The notes: generated by a model from the letters alone, not told the origin. A stretch of 64,000 bases of DNA from Chloroflexota bacterium (GCA_051002135.1 JBPCMQ010000009.1:14628-78627); one strand, 5' to 3'. Positions 19,138 through 29,939 are shown, counted from the stretch's first letter. Program-made: numbers and translations.

Positions 19138-19554
19138 GTGGATACCGAGCAGACTTTGAAGACCGTTCCACTCTTTCAAGGACTACGTTCGCGGAATTTG
19201 AAGTCCCTGGCGCGAGGGACGACTGCGCGGACGTACCAGCCGGACCAGGTGATCGTGTCCGAGGGCCAGGTGGGCTACGGCCTCTATATCATCCAGTCGG
19301 GCCAGGTGAAGGTCACGCAGGAGGGCTCAACCGGGTCTAGGGAAATTCGCCGCATGGGCCCCGGGGAGACTTTTGGTGAGATGTCCCTGCTGGATGATCA
19401 GCCGAGGTCGGCCACCGTGACGGCCGTGGAACCGACAACTGCCCTTTTGCTGGACAAGTGGCAGTTCGTGAGCGAGATGAAAGCCCATCCCGAGATCACG
19501 GCCGCCATGCTCCCAACCCTCGTAGGGTGGCTGCGCAGCGTGGAGCTGCCTTAG
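19138..19554 (+). CDS. Stand-alone cyclic nucleotide-binding domain protein
   Basis: VPLFQGL, YIIQSGQVKV, FGEMSLLDDQPRSATV phosphate-binding cassette; GGAGG before GTG at 19138. Confidence 0.88.
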   Translation: MDTEQTLKTVPLFQGLRSRNLKSLARGTTARTYQPDQVIVSEGQVGYGLYIIQSGQVKVTQEGSTGSREIRRMGPGETFGEMSLLDDQPRSATVTAVEPTTALLLDKWQFVSEMKAHPEITAAMLPTLVGWLRSVELP

Positions 19555-19614
19555 GGATCCCGCTTTGACAGGGATGCTCTCTCGTGCAGCTCACCGCGCT
19601 CCCGGGAGCCCGCG

Positions 19615-20571
19615 CTGAAAGCTCTTGTGACGGGTGGTGCCGGATTCGTCGGCTCCCACCTCTGTGCTGCCCTCCTTGAACGCGGCCTTGAGGTCGTGTG
19701 CGTGGACAACTTCAGCACCGGCTCGGAGAGCAATGTGGAGTCGTTGCGTGGTCGTCGCGGATTCGAGGTGGTAGAGCACGATATCACCATGTCGCTTCCT
19801 CTGTCTTTGCACGCGGACCTAATCTTTCACCTGGCCAGTCCGGCGTCGGTGGCCGATTACCTGTCTCGGCCCATGCAGACATTGCGCGTCAACAGTCTCG
19901 GGACTCTGGCCTTGCTCGACCTAGCCCAGGCCGACGGCGCCAGGTTTCTGTTCGCCTCGACGTCGGAGATCTATGGAGATCCGTACGTCCACCCGCAGCC
20001 AGAGACGTACTGGGGCAACGTCAACCCGGTTGGGCCACGGGCCTGTTACTCGGAAGGCAAACGTTTCGGAGAGTCCGCGACCATGGTGTACACCCGCGAG
20101 TACGGACTTGACGCACGTATCGTCCGTATCTTCAACACGTATGGACCACACTCTCGACCGGACGACGGCCGCATCGTCCCGAACTTCATCATCCAGGCGC
20201 TGCGCGATGAGCCCTTAACCGTGTACGGCGATGGGTCGCAGACGCGCAGCTACTGCTATGTCTCAGACCTGGTGGCAGGCATAGTGGCAGCGATGTTTGG
20301 AGATTTGAGCGGAGCAGAGGTCTTCAACCTCGGAAACCCTGATGAATACACGGTTTCGCATTTTGCCCAAATCATCTCCCGACAGGTCGGTTCGACCTCG
20401 GGCGTTGTCCACCAGTCGCTGCCGGAGGACGACCCGACGCAGCGGCGCCCGGACATCACGAAGGCGAGAGAGTATCTGGGCTGGGAGCCGCACGTGGACC
20501 TGGCGACGGGAATCGACAGGACGATTTCCTGGTTTCGCGACGTGCTTCGCCTCTCGGAGCCCGTCGCCTAG
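19615..20571 (+). CDS. UDP-glucuronate decarboxylase-like NAD-dependent epimerase/dehydratase
   Basis: [45 protein letters not shown]; probable CTG start at 19615. Confidence 0.9.
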   Translation: MKALVTGGAGFVGSHLCAALLERGLEVVCVDNFSTGSESNVESLRGRRGFEVVEHDITMSLPLSLHADLIFHLASPASVADYLSRPMQTLRVNSLGTLALLDLAQADGARFLFASTSEIYGDPYVHPQPETYWGNVNPVGPRACYSEGKRFGESATMVYTREYGLDARIVRIFNTYGPHSRPDDGRIVPNFIIQALRDEPLTVYGDGSQTRSYCYVSDLVAGIVAAMFGDLSGAEVFNLGNPDEYTVSHFAQIISRQVGSTSGVVHQSLPEDDPTQRRPDITKAREYLGWEPHVDLATGIDRTISWFRDVLRLSEPVA

Positions 20572-21917
20572 TCGCGGAGTACGACCTGCTGCTCTGCTAC
20601 GATACTCATGCTCGGCATCGTTCCGCGCGCCACCCCTACATAGTCGAAGCCCAGCTGTCGAAGCTGCTCCGGTCGGTACAGGTTCCGTCCGTCTATCAGG
20701 ACGGGCGACCTCATTGAGTCGCGTATGCGATCGAGGTCCAGGTTGGTGAACTCATTCCACTCCGTCACCAGCACAACCGCGTCCGCGCCGCGCACGGCGT
20801 CGTATGCGTTCGAGCAGAACTCCACTCCACTGGTGACCGCCCTCGCGTTTTCAGTCGCTACCGGGTCGTAGGCGGAGACCAACGCTCCTTCGGCCTGCAG
20901 GAGCCCGATCACGTCAATGGAGGCGGCCTCACGCACATCATCGGTGTTGGGCTTGAACGACAGGCCCAACAGGGCGATCCGCTTGTCCGAAAGCCCGCCC
21001 AGCTTCTCCCTCAGACGGTCGACAGCCCAGCGCCGGCGATCGCGGTTGATGTCCATGACGGCACCCAGAAGCTGAGGGTGCTGCCCCGCATCCTGCGCCA
21101 TGCGCATCAGCGCCTTGACGTCCTTGGGAAAGCACGATCCCCCGAAGCCCAGACCCGCATCCAGAAACGCCGGGCCTATACGTTTGTCGTGGCCCATCCC
21201 CAGCGCTACCTCTTTCACGTCGGCCCCGAGCCGCTCACAAATACCGGCAATTTCATTGATAAAGGAAATGCGCGTCGACAGGAACGCGTTCGATGCGTAC
21301 TTGATCATCTCGGCAGTTCGCAGGTCTGTCACGATGACGGGGCAGTCGAGCGGGTCGTAGAGCTCCGCGACCAGCCTCGCGGCTTCGCGATTGGACGAGC
21401 CCAAGACAACCCGATCCGGATTCATGCAGTCGTTGACGGCGCTACCTTCGCGTAAGAACTCCGGGTTGGAGACCAGGGAGAACGACACGGCGATACGCGC
21501 ATGCTCGTTGATGATGCTCGTGACCAGGTCCCCGGTGCCAATGGGTACCGTGCTTTTGTTGATGACGATGATCGAGTGATCGAGGTGTTCCGCGATGCTC
21601 TGCGCCGCCGCACGAACCTGCGAGAGGTCCGCACCGCCGCTGCCGTCATCCGGCGTTCCCACGGCAATGAAGACGAAATCGGCGTCGCGCAGGCCGTCCT
21701 CATGCGATGTCGTGAAGCTCAGTCTTCCCGCCTGCGCGTTACGAATTACCAGTTCGCTCAGGCCCGGCTCATGGATCGGCATCACGCCGTGCCGAAGATT
21801 GGCAACCTTAGCCTCGTCGATGTCGATGCAGACCACCTGGTTACCGAGCTCTGCGAAGCACGTTCCGGTGGTTAGGCCGACATAGCTCGTGCCGATGACT
21901 GTGATATTTCGTTGCAT
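20568..21917 (-). CDS. ugd: UDP-glucose 6-dehydrogenase
   Basis: [42 protein letters not shown]. Confidence 0.95.
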   Translation of the reverse strand: MQRNITVIGTSYVGLTTGTCFAELGNQVVCIDIDEAKVANLRHGVMPIHEPGLSELVIRNAQAGRLSFTTSHEDGLRDADFVFIAVGTPDDGSGGADLSQVRAAAQSIAEHLDHSIIVINKSTVPIGTGDLVTSIINEHARIAVSFSLVSNPEFLREGSAVNDCMNPDRVVLGSSNREAARLVAELYDPLDCPVIVTDLRTAEMIKYASNAFLSTRISFINEIAGICERLGADVKEVALGMGHDKRIGPAFLDAGLGFGGSCFPKDVKALMRMAQDAGQHPQLLGAVMDINRDRRRWAVDRLREKLGGLSDKRIALLGLSFKPNTDDVREAASIDVIGLLQAEGALVSAYDPVATENARAVTSGVEFCSNAYDAVRGADAVVLVTEWNEFTNLDLDRIRDSMRSPVLIDGRNLYRPEQLRQLGFDYVGVARGTMPSMSIVAEQQVVLRD

Positions 21918-22150
21918 TGAGACTCCGCGGCGCCATGATTTATCTTTACAAGAGCTGCAGATTGTACGCGGATAACCGGCGCACGACGCAACCCCATCCG
22001 AACTTCTTCACGCAACCTCAGGCGAGTCACGAAGGAGGGCGAAGGAGAGGACGGCCTGAGCTACGGAGGGCCGCGAGAGCGCACCACAGGAGATGGGACG
22101 TGACGGTTGGACTGCCCATCTTGTCGTCAATCGGAGACGGCCGGCGCGGT

Positions 22151-22708
22151 ATGCTCGAAGATGGAAGACAGGCTCTGATGGAGGTCGCATACGCCTCCGC
22201 GCAATCGCCGCTCGGCCCGGTATGGATTGGCTCCGGTCCGAGGGGGCTGCTGAGTGTCGATTTCTGCGTCGACGAGCTTGAGTTCGTCTGCAACGTGGAA
22301 CGACGACTGAGCGTGACCCCCGTCTTCGCGCCGGAAGAGGTGCGGGACGCGGTCGATCAGTTCGGCGAGTATTTCACCGGGCAGCGCCTGGCATTCGACT
22401 TGCCTGTCGATCTCGAGAACCTGAGCGCCTTCCACTGCGCGACTCTGCGGGCAGTGCAGCGCGTGCCGTACGGCAGGGTCAGCAGCTACGGGGATATAGC
22501 AAGGGCAATGGGGAAGCCGGGCGCAACGCGGGCCGTGGGAACCGCGGTAGCAACCAATCCCATCGCCATCGTCATTCCCTGCCACCGCATCGTACGTGGT
22601 GACGGCACGCCCGGGGAATATGCGTATCGGACGTTGGGTAGTGCGGGACGGAAGCTGAAACTCCGTCTCCTGACACTCGAGGGAGTGACAAACTGGGACG
22701 AGAATTGA
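22151..22708 (+). CDS. ogt: Methylated-DNA-protein-cysteine S-methyltransferase
   Basis: SPLG, VPYGRVSSYG, RAVGTA, NP...IPCHRIV active site; start uncertain. Confidence 0.9.
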   Translation: MLEDGRQALMEVAYASAQSPLGPVWIGSGPRGLLSVDFCVDELEFVCNVERRLSVTPVFAPEEVRDAVDQFGEYFTGQRLAFDLPVDLENLSAFHCATLRAVQRVPYGRVSSYGDIARAMGKPGATRAVGTAVATNPIAIVIPCHRIVRGDGTPGEYAYRTLGSAGRKLKLRLLTLEGVTNWDEN

Positions 22709-22712
22709 TGAG

Positions 22713-24176
22713 ATGAGCCGCCTCATTGTGTTTGCGGCTCTGGCCGTGTTTGGAGCAGCAGCTCTTGCGGTGAGTGCTCGTACGTTGCGTTCCGGGGTGC
22801 CGGCGTTCGATACGAACTCGCGACTGACCGCCGGCCGCCTGTGGGTTCGCTCCATCCAGCCGAACGCGGACTCGGCGCCCGCCTACCTGCCTCGCGTGCG
22901 TCTCCGCGACGGCCGCGTCCGCCCTGTGGTGTACGCGCTGGCGGGAAATAACGACAGTAACTGCGATCCGTCGAATCCTGTGAAGCGGGCCACGCTTTAC
23001 GCTTTTGATGCAGCCTCCGGCAAGTCGCTCTGGCAGCGCTCGACGCTCGGACCATCTCGCTGCACAACGGCCGGGCCGGTAACCGGCGTCTCAATGCAGT
23101 GGGTATATGCGGGCGGTCTGGACGGCAAGATGCATCGCTATGACGCGGCCAACGGCGCGGAGACACGGACGCGCGGGTGGCCGTTTGCGATCACATTGAT
23201 GGCGGACGTGGAGAAGATGTCCGCGACACCCACGATATCCGGCCGCTATCTGTATGTCACGACGAGCGGATTCATCGGGGACGCCGGCCATTACCAGGGC
23301 CACCTCGTCACGATCGACCTGACGTCGGGGCACACTCGCGTCTTCAACAGTCTGTGCAGCAACATTCATAGACTTCTCGGCCCGCGCGTGGGGAGCGGCA
23401 ACTACTGCGTTGCTGAGCAGTCCGGCCTCTTCGGCCGCGGCCAGGGGACAGTCGAACCACGCACACGCGATGTCTACGTTGTCAGCGGCAATGGTCCGTG
23501 GAACGGGCGTACCGAGTGGGGCGACACCATCCTCAAGCTCGATCCGTCGGGAGCCAAGCTACTCGACTCCTTTACCCCCACCAACCAGGCAGGGCTCGCC
23601 TCGGCGGACGCCGATCTAGGGAGCTCCGGACCGGCCATACTACCGGATATCAGGCAAGGTGGAAAGACCTATCATCTCCTGATCCAGGCGGGAAAGGGGC
23701 CGGCTTGCGCATCGTGCTCGGGCGCCGCGCTGCGCCTTCTCAACAGGGACAATTTGAGCGGCCGCGCCGGCCCCGGACATCTGGGCGGAGACTTGTCCGA
23801 CGCGCAGGCGCCTGGAGGAAGTGAGGTGCTGACCGCGCCCGCGGTCTGGCGCTCGCCCGACGGCCGCGCCTGGGACTTCGTCGCAAACGACTCGGGAGTT
23901 GCCGGCTATCGAGTGGTGACCGAAGCCGGCGGCAGGTTTCGACTGGACCGTGTCTGGCTGGATGGATCCGGCGGCTCGACGCCGGTGATCAAGGAGGGCG
24001 TGCTGTACGTCGCACGCGGCGGGGAGATGCGCGCTTTGAACCCATCGACTGGGTCGCTACTGTGGCGTTCTACCGACATCGGCGACATCCACTGGCAGTA
24101 CCCGATGGTGGCCGATCACCGGCTCTTCATCACGGATCAGAGTGGGCGGCTGTTTGCCTATAGTCTGCCAAAGTGA
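22713..24176 (+). CDS. Secreted PQQ-binding-like beta-propeller protein
   Basis: Signal peptide; AFDAASGKSLW and ALNPSTGSLLW repeats; DADLGSSGP. Confidence 0.75.
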   Translation: MSRLIVFAALAVFGAAALAVSARTLRSGVPAFDTNSRLTAGRLWVRSIQPNADSAPAYLPRVRLRDGRVRPVVYALAGNNDSNCDPSNPVKRATLYAFDAASGKSLWQRSTLGPSRCTTAGPVTGVSMQWVYAGGLDGKMHRYDAANGAETRTRGWPFAITLMADVEKMSATPTISGRYLYVTTSGFIGDAGHYQGHLVTIDLTSGHTRVFNSLCSNIHRLLGPRVGSGNYCVAEQSGLFGRGQGTVEPRTRDVYVVSGNGPWNGRTEWGDTILKLDPSGAKLLDSFTPTNQAGLASADADLGSSGPAILPDIRQGGKTYHLLIQAGKGPACASCSGAALRLLNRDNLSGRAGPGHLGGDLSDAQAPGGSEVLTAPAVWRSPDGRAWDFVANDSGVAGYRVVTEAGGRFRLDRVWLDGSGGSTPVIKEGVLYVARGGEMRALNPSTGSLLWRSTDIGDIHWQYPMVADHRLFITDQSGRLFAYSLPK

Positions 24177-24199
24177 TCGGACTCATGCGCGCCTTCTCC

Positions 24200-24319
24200 G
24201 CAGCTTTGGCCTTTAGGCCAGGTCAAGGGCAGATACGTATGTATGGCGCAGAATACGCACGAGCACCGGACCGTTGTTCGCAGCGGCGTCGGAAATCTCG
24301 GCCTAAAGGTCGAAGCTAC
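24200..24319. repeat. Inverted pair of GTAG-type REP-like elements
   Basis: GCAGCTTTGGCCTTTAGGCCAGG (24200-24222, +) and GTAGCTTCGACCTTTAGGCCGAG (24297-24319, -), 18/23 identical. Confidence 0.55.
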
Positions 24320-24342
24320 GAAACGGGAGCATTGGTACGTCA

Positions 24343-24358
24343 TAGCTAGCTAGCTAGC
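24343..24358. repeat. (TAGC)4 tetranucleotide tract
   Basis: Read directly; a second tract of the same unit lies at 60187-60203. Confidence 0.8.
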
Positions 24359-24421
24359 GCAATTGCGGGATTTATCTCGCGGACCGCTGCTGTACATAGT
24401 GCTGTTGCGTCCTTTCGAGCT

Positions 24422-25372
24422 TTGGAGGAGGGCGACGTCAGACCCAAGTTGAGGGGATGGGGGGCAGCCGCGACAGCGCGTGTAGTCGACAATCCGATTA
24501 ACATGCCGGACGAATCCGCGAGCGCGAGAAGTCGAAAGAGATTCGTACAGCTTTACGCTCCGGCGGTGGGTCAGCTGGCCGGCAATCTGCTGATGCTCCA
24601 GGATGTGAGTTCCTTGAAGCCGGGCGTGTGGTTCGATCCGTTCGGAGGCAACGCGCCACTCTGGTCCCTGTCCTACGAATGGTGGTTTTACATGATGTTC
24701 TTCGTCCTCGCCACGCGCCTCCAACGCTCTGCTTCGTCCCAGAAGTATGTGGTCTTCGCGCTGTCGCTCACGGGCTGCGCCATCTATCAGCGCTTTCCAA
24801 ATCAGCTGTGCCTCTTCCTTGGCTACTTTCTCACCTGGTGGGCGGGCGCGGAGTGCGCGCGGGAGTACGTCGATCGCGGCGCCGTCACGTGGCGGCGCCA
24901 GAGCCCGACCGTCCTCATGCTCGGTCTGCTGTGTGTCGCCTGGACGACGGGGATCGTGGTGGCGCATCACCACGGCGTGCATCTACGGTGGGGAACCGCT
25001 CCGATCTTGCAGGTGCGGCACGTCGGCGCCGCGTTGCTCTTGCTGACCGCGGGAATCACCTGGTACAAGCTGCGTTTTCCTGGATTCCGATTCACTTTCG
25101 GGCCGCTGGCGGCACTTGGACCCGTATCATACGCGCTGTACGTCTTGCACTACCCCGTTCTCGCGTACCTCTCTGCCGTGACGCACGTATCGAGCATAGC
25201 TCGCCTGCTACTCGCCATGGCGCTCGTACTCCCGTTGGCCTACCTTCTGGAGGTCCGCGCCCAGCCGCGCATCAACGCGTGGTTTAGTGGCCTGTCATCC
25301 GGGCGGACGCGACGAGTGCAGCCACCGCAGGGGGAGCCGCTGACCGCCGTCATGGATAGCGGGACGCCGTAG
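24422..25372 (+). pseudogene. Acyltransferase family 3 (OafA-like), N-terminally truncated
   Basis: GNLLMLQD, NAPLWSLSYEWWFY and SYALYVLHYP present; the N-terminal DxLRG helix and FFxLSG motif are missing and there is no clear start. Confidence 0.65.
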
Positions 25373-25600
25373 GCGTTCCCGCGCGTGCGTGAAAGAGACA
25401 AGCGTGCTGAGGATTTCTTCGGCCACGGGTGCCGGCCAGTGACACTGGCCCAGCGGCTAAATCACACAAATGAGGGATGCTTGCGCCCTGGCTCCCGCGC
25501 TACATCTACCGTGTAGCTTTGTTCGCGTCCGACGCGGGCGCTGCGGGTAGCTGAGGCCGGCTCTACTGTGATGTGGCGCACCGGCAGCGGGGAGAGAGGG

Positions 25601-26590
25601 ATGTCCGGACAGGGCGTTGTGGTCACTGGCGCCGGCGGCTTCATCGGCGGGCATCTGGTGGCAGACCTCCGGACTCGGGGCTACGGCCATGTTCGAGCCG
25701 TCGATATCAAGCCGTTTCCCCAGTGGCATCAACTGCATACCGGCGTCGAAAATCTTCAGCTCGATTTGCGAGAGAGTTGCGCGTGTTACGACGCCGTCCA
25801 ATGCACGGACCATGTGTACAATCTCGCCGCCGACATGGGTGGCATGGGCTTCATCGAAAGCAACAAAGCACTCTGCATGCTGTCGGTGCTCATTAACACG
25901 CACATGCTGAAGGCCTCTCGTGACGTTGGCGTTCAGCGCTACTTTTACTCGTCTTCCGCCTGTGTCTACGCCGCGGACAAGCAAACCGATCCCGATGTGA
26001 CGGCACTTCGCGAGTGCGATGCCTACCCTGCCATGCCGGAGGACGGCTACGGATGGGAGAAGCTCTTCAGCGAGCGTCTGTGCCGGCACTTTCGCGAGGA
26101 CTTCGCGCTCACCACACGCGTGGCCCGCTACCACAACGTATACGGCCCGTACGGGACATATAAAGGCGGACGTGAGAAGGCCCCGTCCGCGATCTGCCGC
26201 AAGGTGATCGAGGCGAAACTGTCGGGTCGACGCGAGATCACGATCTGGGGCGACGGCAATCAGACGCGTAGCTTCATGTACATTGACGATTGTCTCCATG
26301 GCACGCAGGCCATTCTGCACAGCGACATCGAGGAGCCCGTCAACCTCGGTAGCCGCGAGCTGGTGACGATCAATCAGCTCGTCGATATCGTCGAGGACAT
26401 CGCGGGGGTCAGGCTGCGCCGCGTCTACGATCTCACCGCGCCTCAGGGCGTGCGAGGGCGCAACAGCGACAACGCGATGATCGAGGAGCGACTGGGGTGG
26501 GAGCCATCCGTCTCGCTGCGCGCAGGACTCGAACGAACCTATCGCTGGATCTACGAGCAGGAGCGCGTACCCACAGCCGCCGCCGTGTGA
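25601..26590 (+). CDS. GDP-mannose 3,5-epimerase-like NAD-dependent epimerase
   Basis: GAGGFIG, NLAADMGGMGFI, YSSSACVY, YGWEK, GGREKAPSAICRK. Confidence 0.88.
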   Translation: MSGQGVVVTGAGGFIGGHLVADLRTRGYGHVRAVDIKPFPQWHQLHTGVENLQLDLRESCACYDAVQCTDHVYNLAADMGGMGFIESNKALCMLSVLINTHMLKASRDVGVQRYFYSSSACVYAADKQTDPDVTALRECDAYPAMPEDGYGWEKLFSERLCRHFREDFALTTRVARYHNVYGPYGTYKGGREKAPSAICRKVIEAKLSGRREITIWGDGNQTRSFMYIDDCLHGTQAILHSDIEEPVNLGSRELVTINQLVDIVEDIAGVRLRRVYDLTAPQGVRGRNSDNAMIEERLGWEPSVSLRAGLERTYRWIYEQERVPTAAAV

Positions 26591-26639
26591 TGCGCGGAGC
26601 GCGCGGACGGCCCACTCGCCTCTCTGAGGGCCACGCAAA

Positions 26640-27887
26640 ATGAGGGAGGTCGTGTTCGTCTGTCTGGACTTCTATCCCGACGACCAGGCGGCCAGTCAGC
26701 TGTTCACGGACCTGATGGTCCGTCTTGCGCAACGCGGCACGAAAATCACAGTTCTCTGTGGTTTTCCCATGGGAGTACCAAGGAATTCGGGTGCGGACAT
26801 CCGACGACACGAAACACTGGCCGGCATCTCCATTCACCGCTGTGGTTTCCACATCAAGAACAAGCATCGATTGGCCGGAAGGGCGGTTCTGTATGGGTCT
26901 TTCTTGGTCCATGCCGCTTGGAAGCTTTTGGGTGTGAACCGAGAAACCTTCGTGTTTGGGGTCACAAGTCCGCCATTTTGTGCTCACCTGCTTTGGGCGA
27001 CGTCTCGACTTGCCGGCTTTCGCTACGGTTACATGTTCCTCGACCTTTTTCCCGAGGCCCTGATCGCCCTGGGGAAACTGTCGCCGCGCTCGCCTTTGAC
27101 ACGGGCCTGGAAGCATCTCAATGGCGTGAGTTATAGATCCGCGGCGAGACTTGGCGTTTTGGGGCGAGACATGATTCCAGTCCTGCGGAGCGCTTACGGT
27201 ATCGACGCATGGCGAGTGAGGTACATCCCCCATTGGAGCGCTGCCGAGGTATCACGTCCCGTCTCGTTTCGAGAGAACGATCTGGCAAGGAGGCTCGGTC
27301 TTGACGATAAGTTCGTCGTGCAGTATTCGGGCAACATGGGATTGCTTCACGACATCGACGCCCTGGTCCGTGCCGCCGACCAGCTCCGTGATGACGCTAG
27401 GATCCACTTTTTGTTTATAGGAAAAGGCCGGCGCCGGCAGGCAGCCGAAGAGCTGACGCGCGAGCTTGGACTTCGAAACGTCACATGGCTCACGTTCGTG
27501 CCAAGAGATCAGCTGAACGAGACTTTGTCATGTTGTCACGCTGCTCTTGTGTCCTTGCGCGCGAGCATGGAGGGGGTCGCCGTGCCCAGTAAGCTCTACG
27601 GCATCCTGGCCTTTGGCCGGCCCGTCGTCGCCCAGGTCCCGGCTGCTTCCGAAATCGCGATGGTGATCCGGGAAGAGGGATGCGGCCTCGTCGCGGTGCC
27701 CGGCGATGTCGAAGAGCTGGCTTCCGCCATACGAACTTTGTCATCGAGCCCAATGCTGGCAGAGGAGATGGGAGCGCGCGCGTTTGCGGCCTACCAGCGT
27801 GCGTACACGGTGGAGCACGCCGTCTCCGCATTTCAGAATCTACTTCCTGACGAAGAAGGAACGGGCCCCGGCATCGCTGCGAACTAG
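26640..27887 (+). CDS. Glycosyltransferase family 4 (WcaI-like)
   Basis: FYPDDQA, TSPPF, YSGNMG, VPSKLYG. Confidence 0.9.
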   Translation: MREVVFVCLDFYPDDQAASQLFTDLMVRLAQRGTKITVLCGFPMGVPRNSGADIRRHETLAGISIHRCGFHIKNKHRLAGRAVLYGSFLVHAAWKLLGVNRETFVFGVTSPPFCAHLLWATSRLAGFRYGYMFLDLFPEALIALGKLSPRSPLTRAWKHLNGVSYRSAARLGVLGRDMIPVLRSAYGIDAWRVRYIPHWSAAEVSRPVSFRENDLARRLGLDDKFVVQYSGNMGLLHDIDALVRAADQLRDDARIHFLFIGKGRRRQAAEELTRELGLRNVTWLTFVPRDQLNETLSCCHAALVSLRASMEGVAVPSKLYGILAFGRPVVAQVPAASEIAMVIREEGCGLVAVPGDVEELASAIRTLSSSPMLAEEMGARAFAAYQRAYTVEHAVSAFQNLLPDEEGTGPGIAAN

Positions 27888-28048
27888 GTGCACAGCCACG
27901 CCAGGGACGCGTCCGAATCGCTCAATTGGGGGATAGAAGCAGGGTCCCATTGACGTATTCTGCTGGAGTAATGCGGAACGAATGCCACACATCCGAAGCT
28001 GCAGCCGCATGCGCTCGGCCGGGCGTCTAGACGTCTGGAGGCGCGCTC

Positions 28049-29401
28049 GTGACCGATGACGTCACCCTGCTCCTCCTCTTCAGCGCGGCGACGACAGCGT
28101 CGTGGCTGGCTGTCGGTTTGATTCGTCGCGTTGCGCTGACGTGCAATGTCGTCGATGTGCCAAATGAGCGAAGTTCACATACCATCCCCATCCCAAGCTG
28201 CGGGGGACTCGCTCTGGTCGGCATCAATCTCGTTGCCTGGCTACTCTACGGACTCGGTGATTCGGCGATGCCCCAGCGACACGTGCTCGCCTTCGTCGGA
28301 GGCTCACTCATTCTCGCCGGCGTGAGCCTTGCGGACGATCTCGGCCACGTGCCCTATCCGATTCGCTTGGGCATCCAAGCTCTGGCGGCCATAGTCTTCA
28401 TGTTCGGCTTCACCTATTGGCAGGTTTTGACGGTGCCGCTGTTGGGCACTGTTTCGTTAGGCAAAGCAGGCATCGTTCTGTCGCTTCTGTGGATTGTGGG
28501 ATTGACCAACGCCTTTAACTTCATGGATGGGATCGACGGTCTCGCCGCCGGCCAGGCGGTGGCCGCGGGCTTTGGCTGGTTTGTGCTGGGAGCAATCATG
28601 GGCCACTCGCATCTGATGATTTTGGGCGTGGTCCTGGCGGCCACCAGTCTGGGATTTCTGAAACACAACTGGCATCCCGCGACAATTTTCATGGGGGATG
28701 TTGGAAGCACCTTCCTCGGGTACAGCTTCGCCGCTCTGGCAATCTTTGAGACGCAGACGGATCGCCGGGTGGCGGTTGCCGGGGTGCTGCTCGTGTGGCC
28801 TATCATCTTTGACGCAAGCTTCACCGTTCTCCGCCGCGTTCTCCGCCGGGAGACTATCTTTGCGGGTCACCGAACCTTCCTCTTTCACCGCCTTGTCGCC
28901 GCGGGCTGGACGCATCGTGAAGCCGCTTCGTTCTACTTTGTGCTCCCCATCCTGGGAGCGCTGCTCGCATTTACCTGGGCGCGCGGCAGTCCGGTCTTGC
29001 ATGCGAGCGTCGGACTCTTCACCCTGGCGGCCTGCGGGGCGCTCTGGATTACGGTTCGTTGCCAGGAGCGAAGGGTCTTGCTGGCCAGCGTCATCGCCGG
29101 AGTTTTTGCAAAGGATCGCGCTGTCGAGACCATTGCGTCCGCCGCGTTTGCAGCTACGATCAGCGCACCGCTGCCCGTTAACCTTTCGTGGCCGGCGAAC
29201 CGTTTAATGGCGAGACACGGCTCGAGCGGTGTCGCCTGGTCGGACGTAGTTGAGCGCCGATGCGGGTTCGATCGACGCGGTGGCGTAGACAGCCCCGCCC
29301 AATCTCGTGCACGGGAGCGCCGATCGAGCTGCGGGCGAAGGTCTGGAGATGCGCTTGTTACGGCGACGAGCGCGACGGTTCGCCTCCGCACGGGCGCCTG
29401 A
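28049..29401 (+). CDS. Polyprenyl-phosphate N-acetylhexosamine-1-phosphate transferase (WecA/WbpL-like) with C-terminal extension
   Basis: PNERSSH..P..GG, DD, NAFNFMDGIDG, IFMGDVGS, HRTFLFHRL. Confidence 0.9.
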   Translation: MTDDVTLLLLFSAATTASWLAVGLIRRVALTCNVVDVPNERSSHTIPIPSCGGLALVGINLVAWLLYGLGDSAMPQRHVLAFVGGSLILAGVSLADDLGHVPYPIRLGIQALAAIVFMFGFTYWQVLTVPLLGTVSLGKAGIVLSLLWIVGLTNAFNFMDGIDGLAAGQAVAAGFGWFVLGAIMGHSHLMILGVVLAATSLGFLKHNWHPATIFMGDVGSTFLGYSFAALAIFETQTDRRVAVAGVLLVWPIIFDASFTVLRRVLRRETIFAGHRTFLFHRLVAAGWTHREAASFYFVLPILGALLAFTWARGSPVLHASVGLFTLAACGALWITVRCQERRVLLASVIAGVFAKDRAVETIASAAFAATISAPLPVNLSWPANRLMARHGSSGVAWSDVVERRCGFDRRGGVDSPAQSRARERRSSCGRRSGDALVTATSATVRLRTGA

Positions 29402-29408
29402 GAACCGC

Positions 29409-29876
29409 TCAGAGCTCTCGCCGCACCTTCGTTCCGAGAGAGTCGATGTCGGCCGCTTGATGGGGTGATGTGATGCGGGGCAGATCCGTCGAATCAAACC
29501 AGCGGGCCTGTAGCACTTCACGATCGTCGATGAGAAGATCGCATGCCAGGGCTCGCGTCAAGAACACGATCTCGACGTGACCCGGCCGAGGAATCGATGC
29601 CCGCACAACTTTGATGACCTGCACATCGAGCCCGGTCTCTTCGCGCAGCTCCCGGCGCAAAGCCTCATAGAGGCTCTCACCCTTGTCGACAAAGCCCCCC
29701 GGCAGCTCCCAACCGTCGTCTTCCCGCATCCGGTGTCGCAGCAGCAGAACGCGTTCGCGATCGTCTCTGACAACCCCCAGCACCCCAACCGTGTACGTGG
29801 GCACCACGAACCGAATCAGAGTACGGCGCAAGGGAACGGGCAAACGTCTCCACAGACTCACGAAGAGCGTTTTCAC
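29409..29876 (-). CDS. NUDIX hydrolase
   Basis: Nudix box GGFVDKGESLYEALRRELREETG. Confidence 0.92.
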   Translation of the reverse strand: MKTLFVSLWRRLPVPLRRTLIRFVVPTYTVGVLGVVRDDRERVLLLRHRMREDDGWELPGGFVDKGESLYEALRRELREETGLDVQVIKVVRASIPRPGHVEIVFLTRALACDLLIDDREVLQARWFDSTDLPRITSPHQAADIDSLGTKVRREL

Positions 29877-29939
29877 TGCAGCCTGCCTCCGCTCTCCCGT
29901 TCGCTTCCCACACAGGATACGTGAGGGTGTACGGAATGT

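Noticed and set aside
25457-26638. Long antisense ORFs (this one, 9612..10538, 18072..18887 and others)
   Set aside because: Shadow or alternate frames of well-supported genes, expected in GC-rich DNA.
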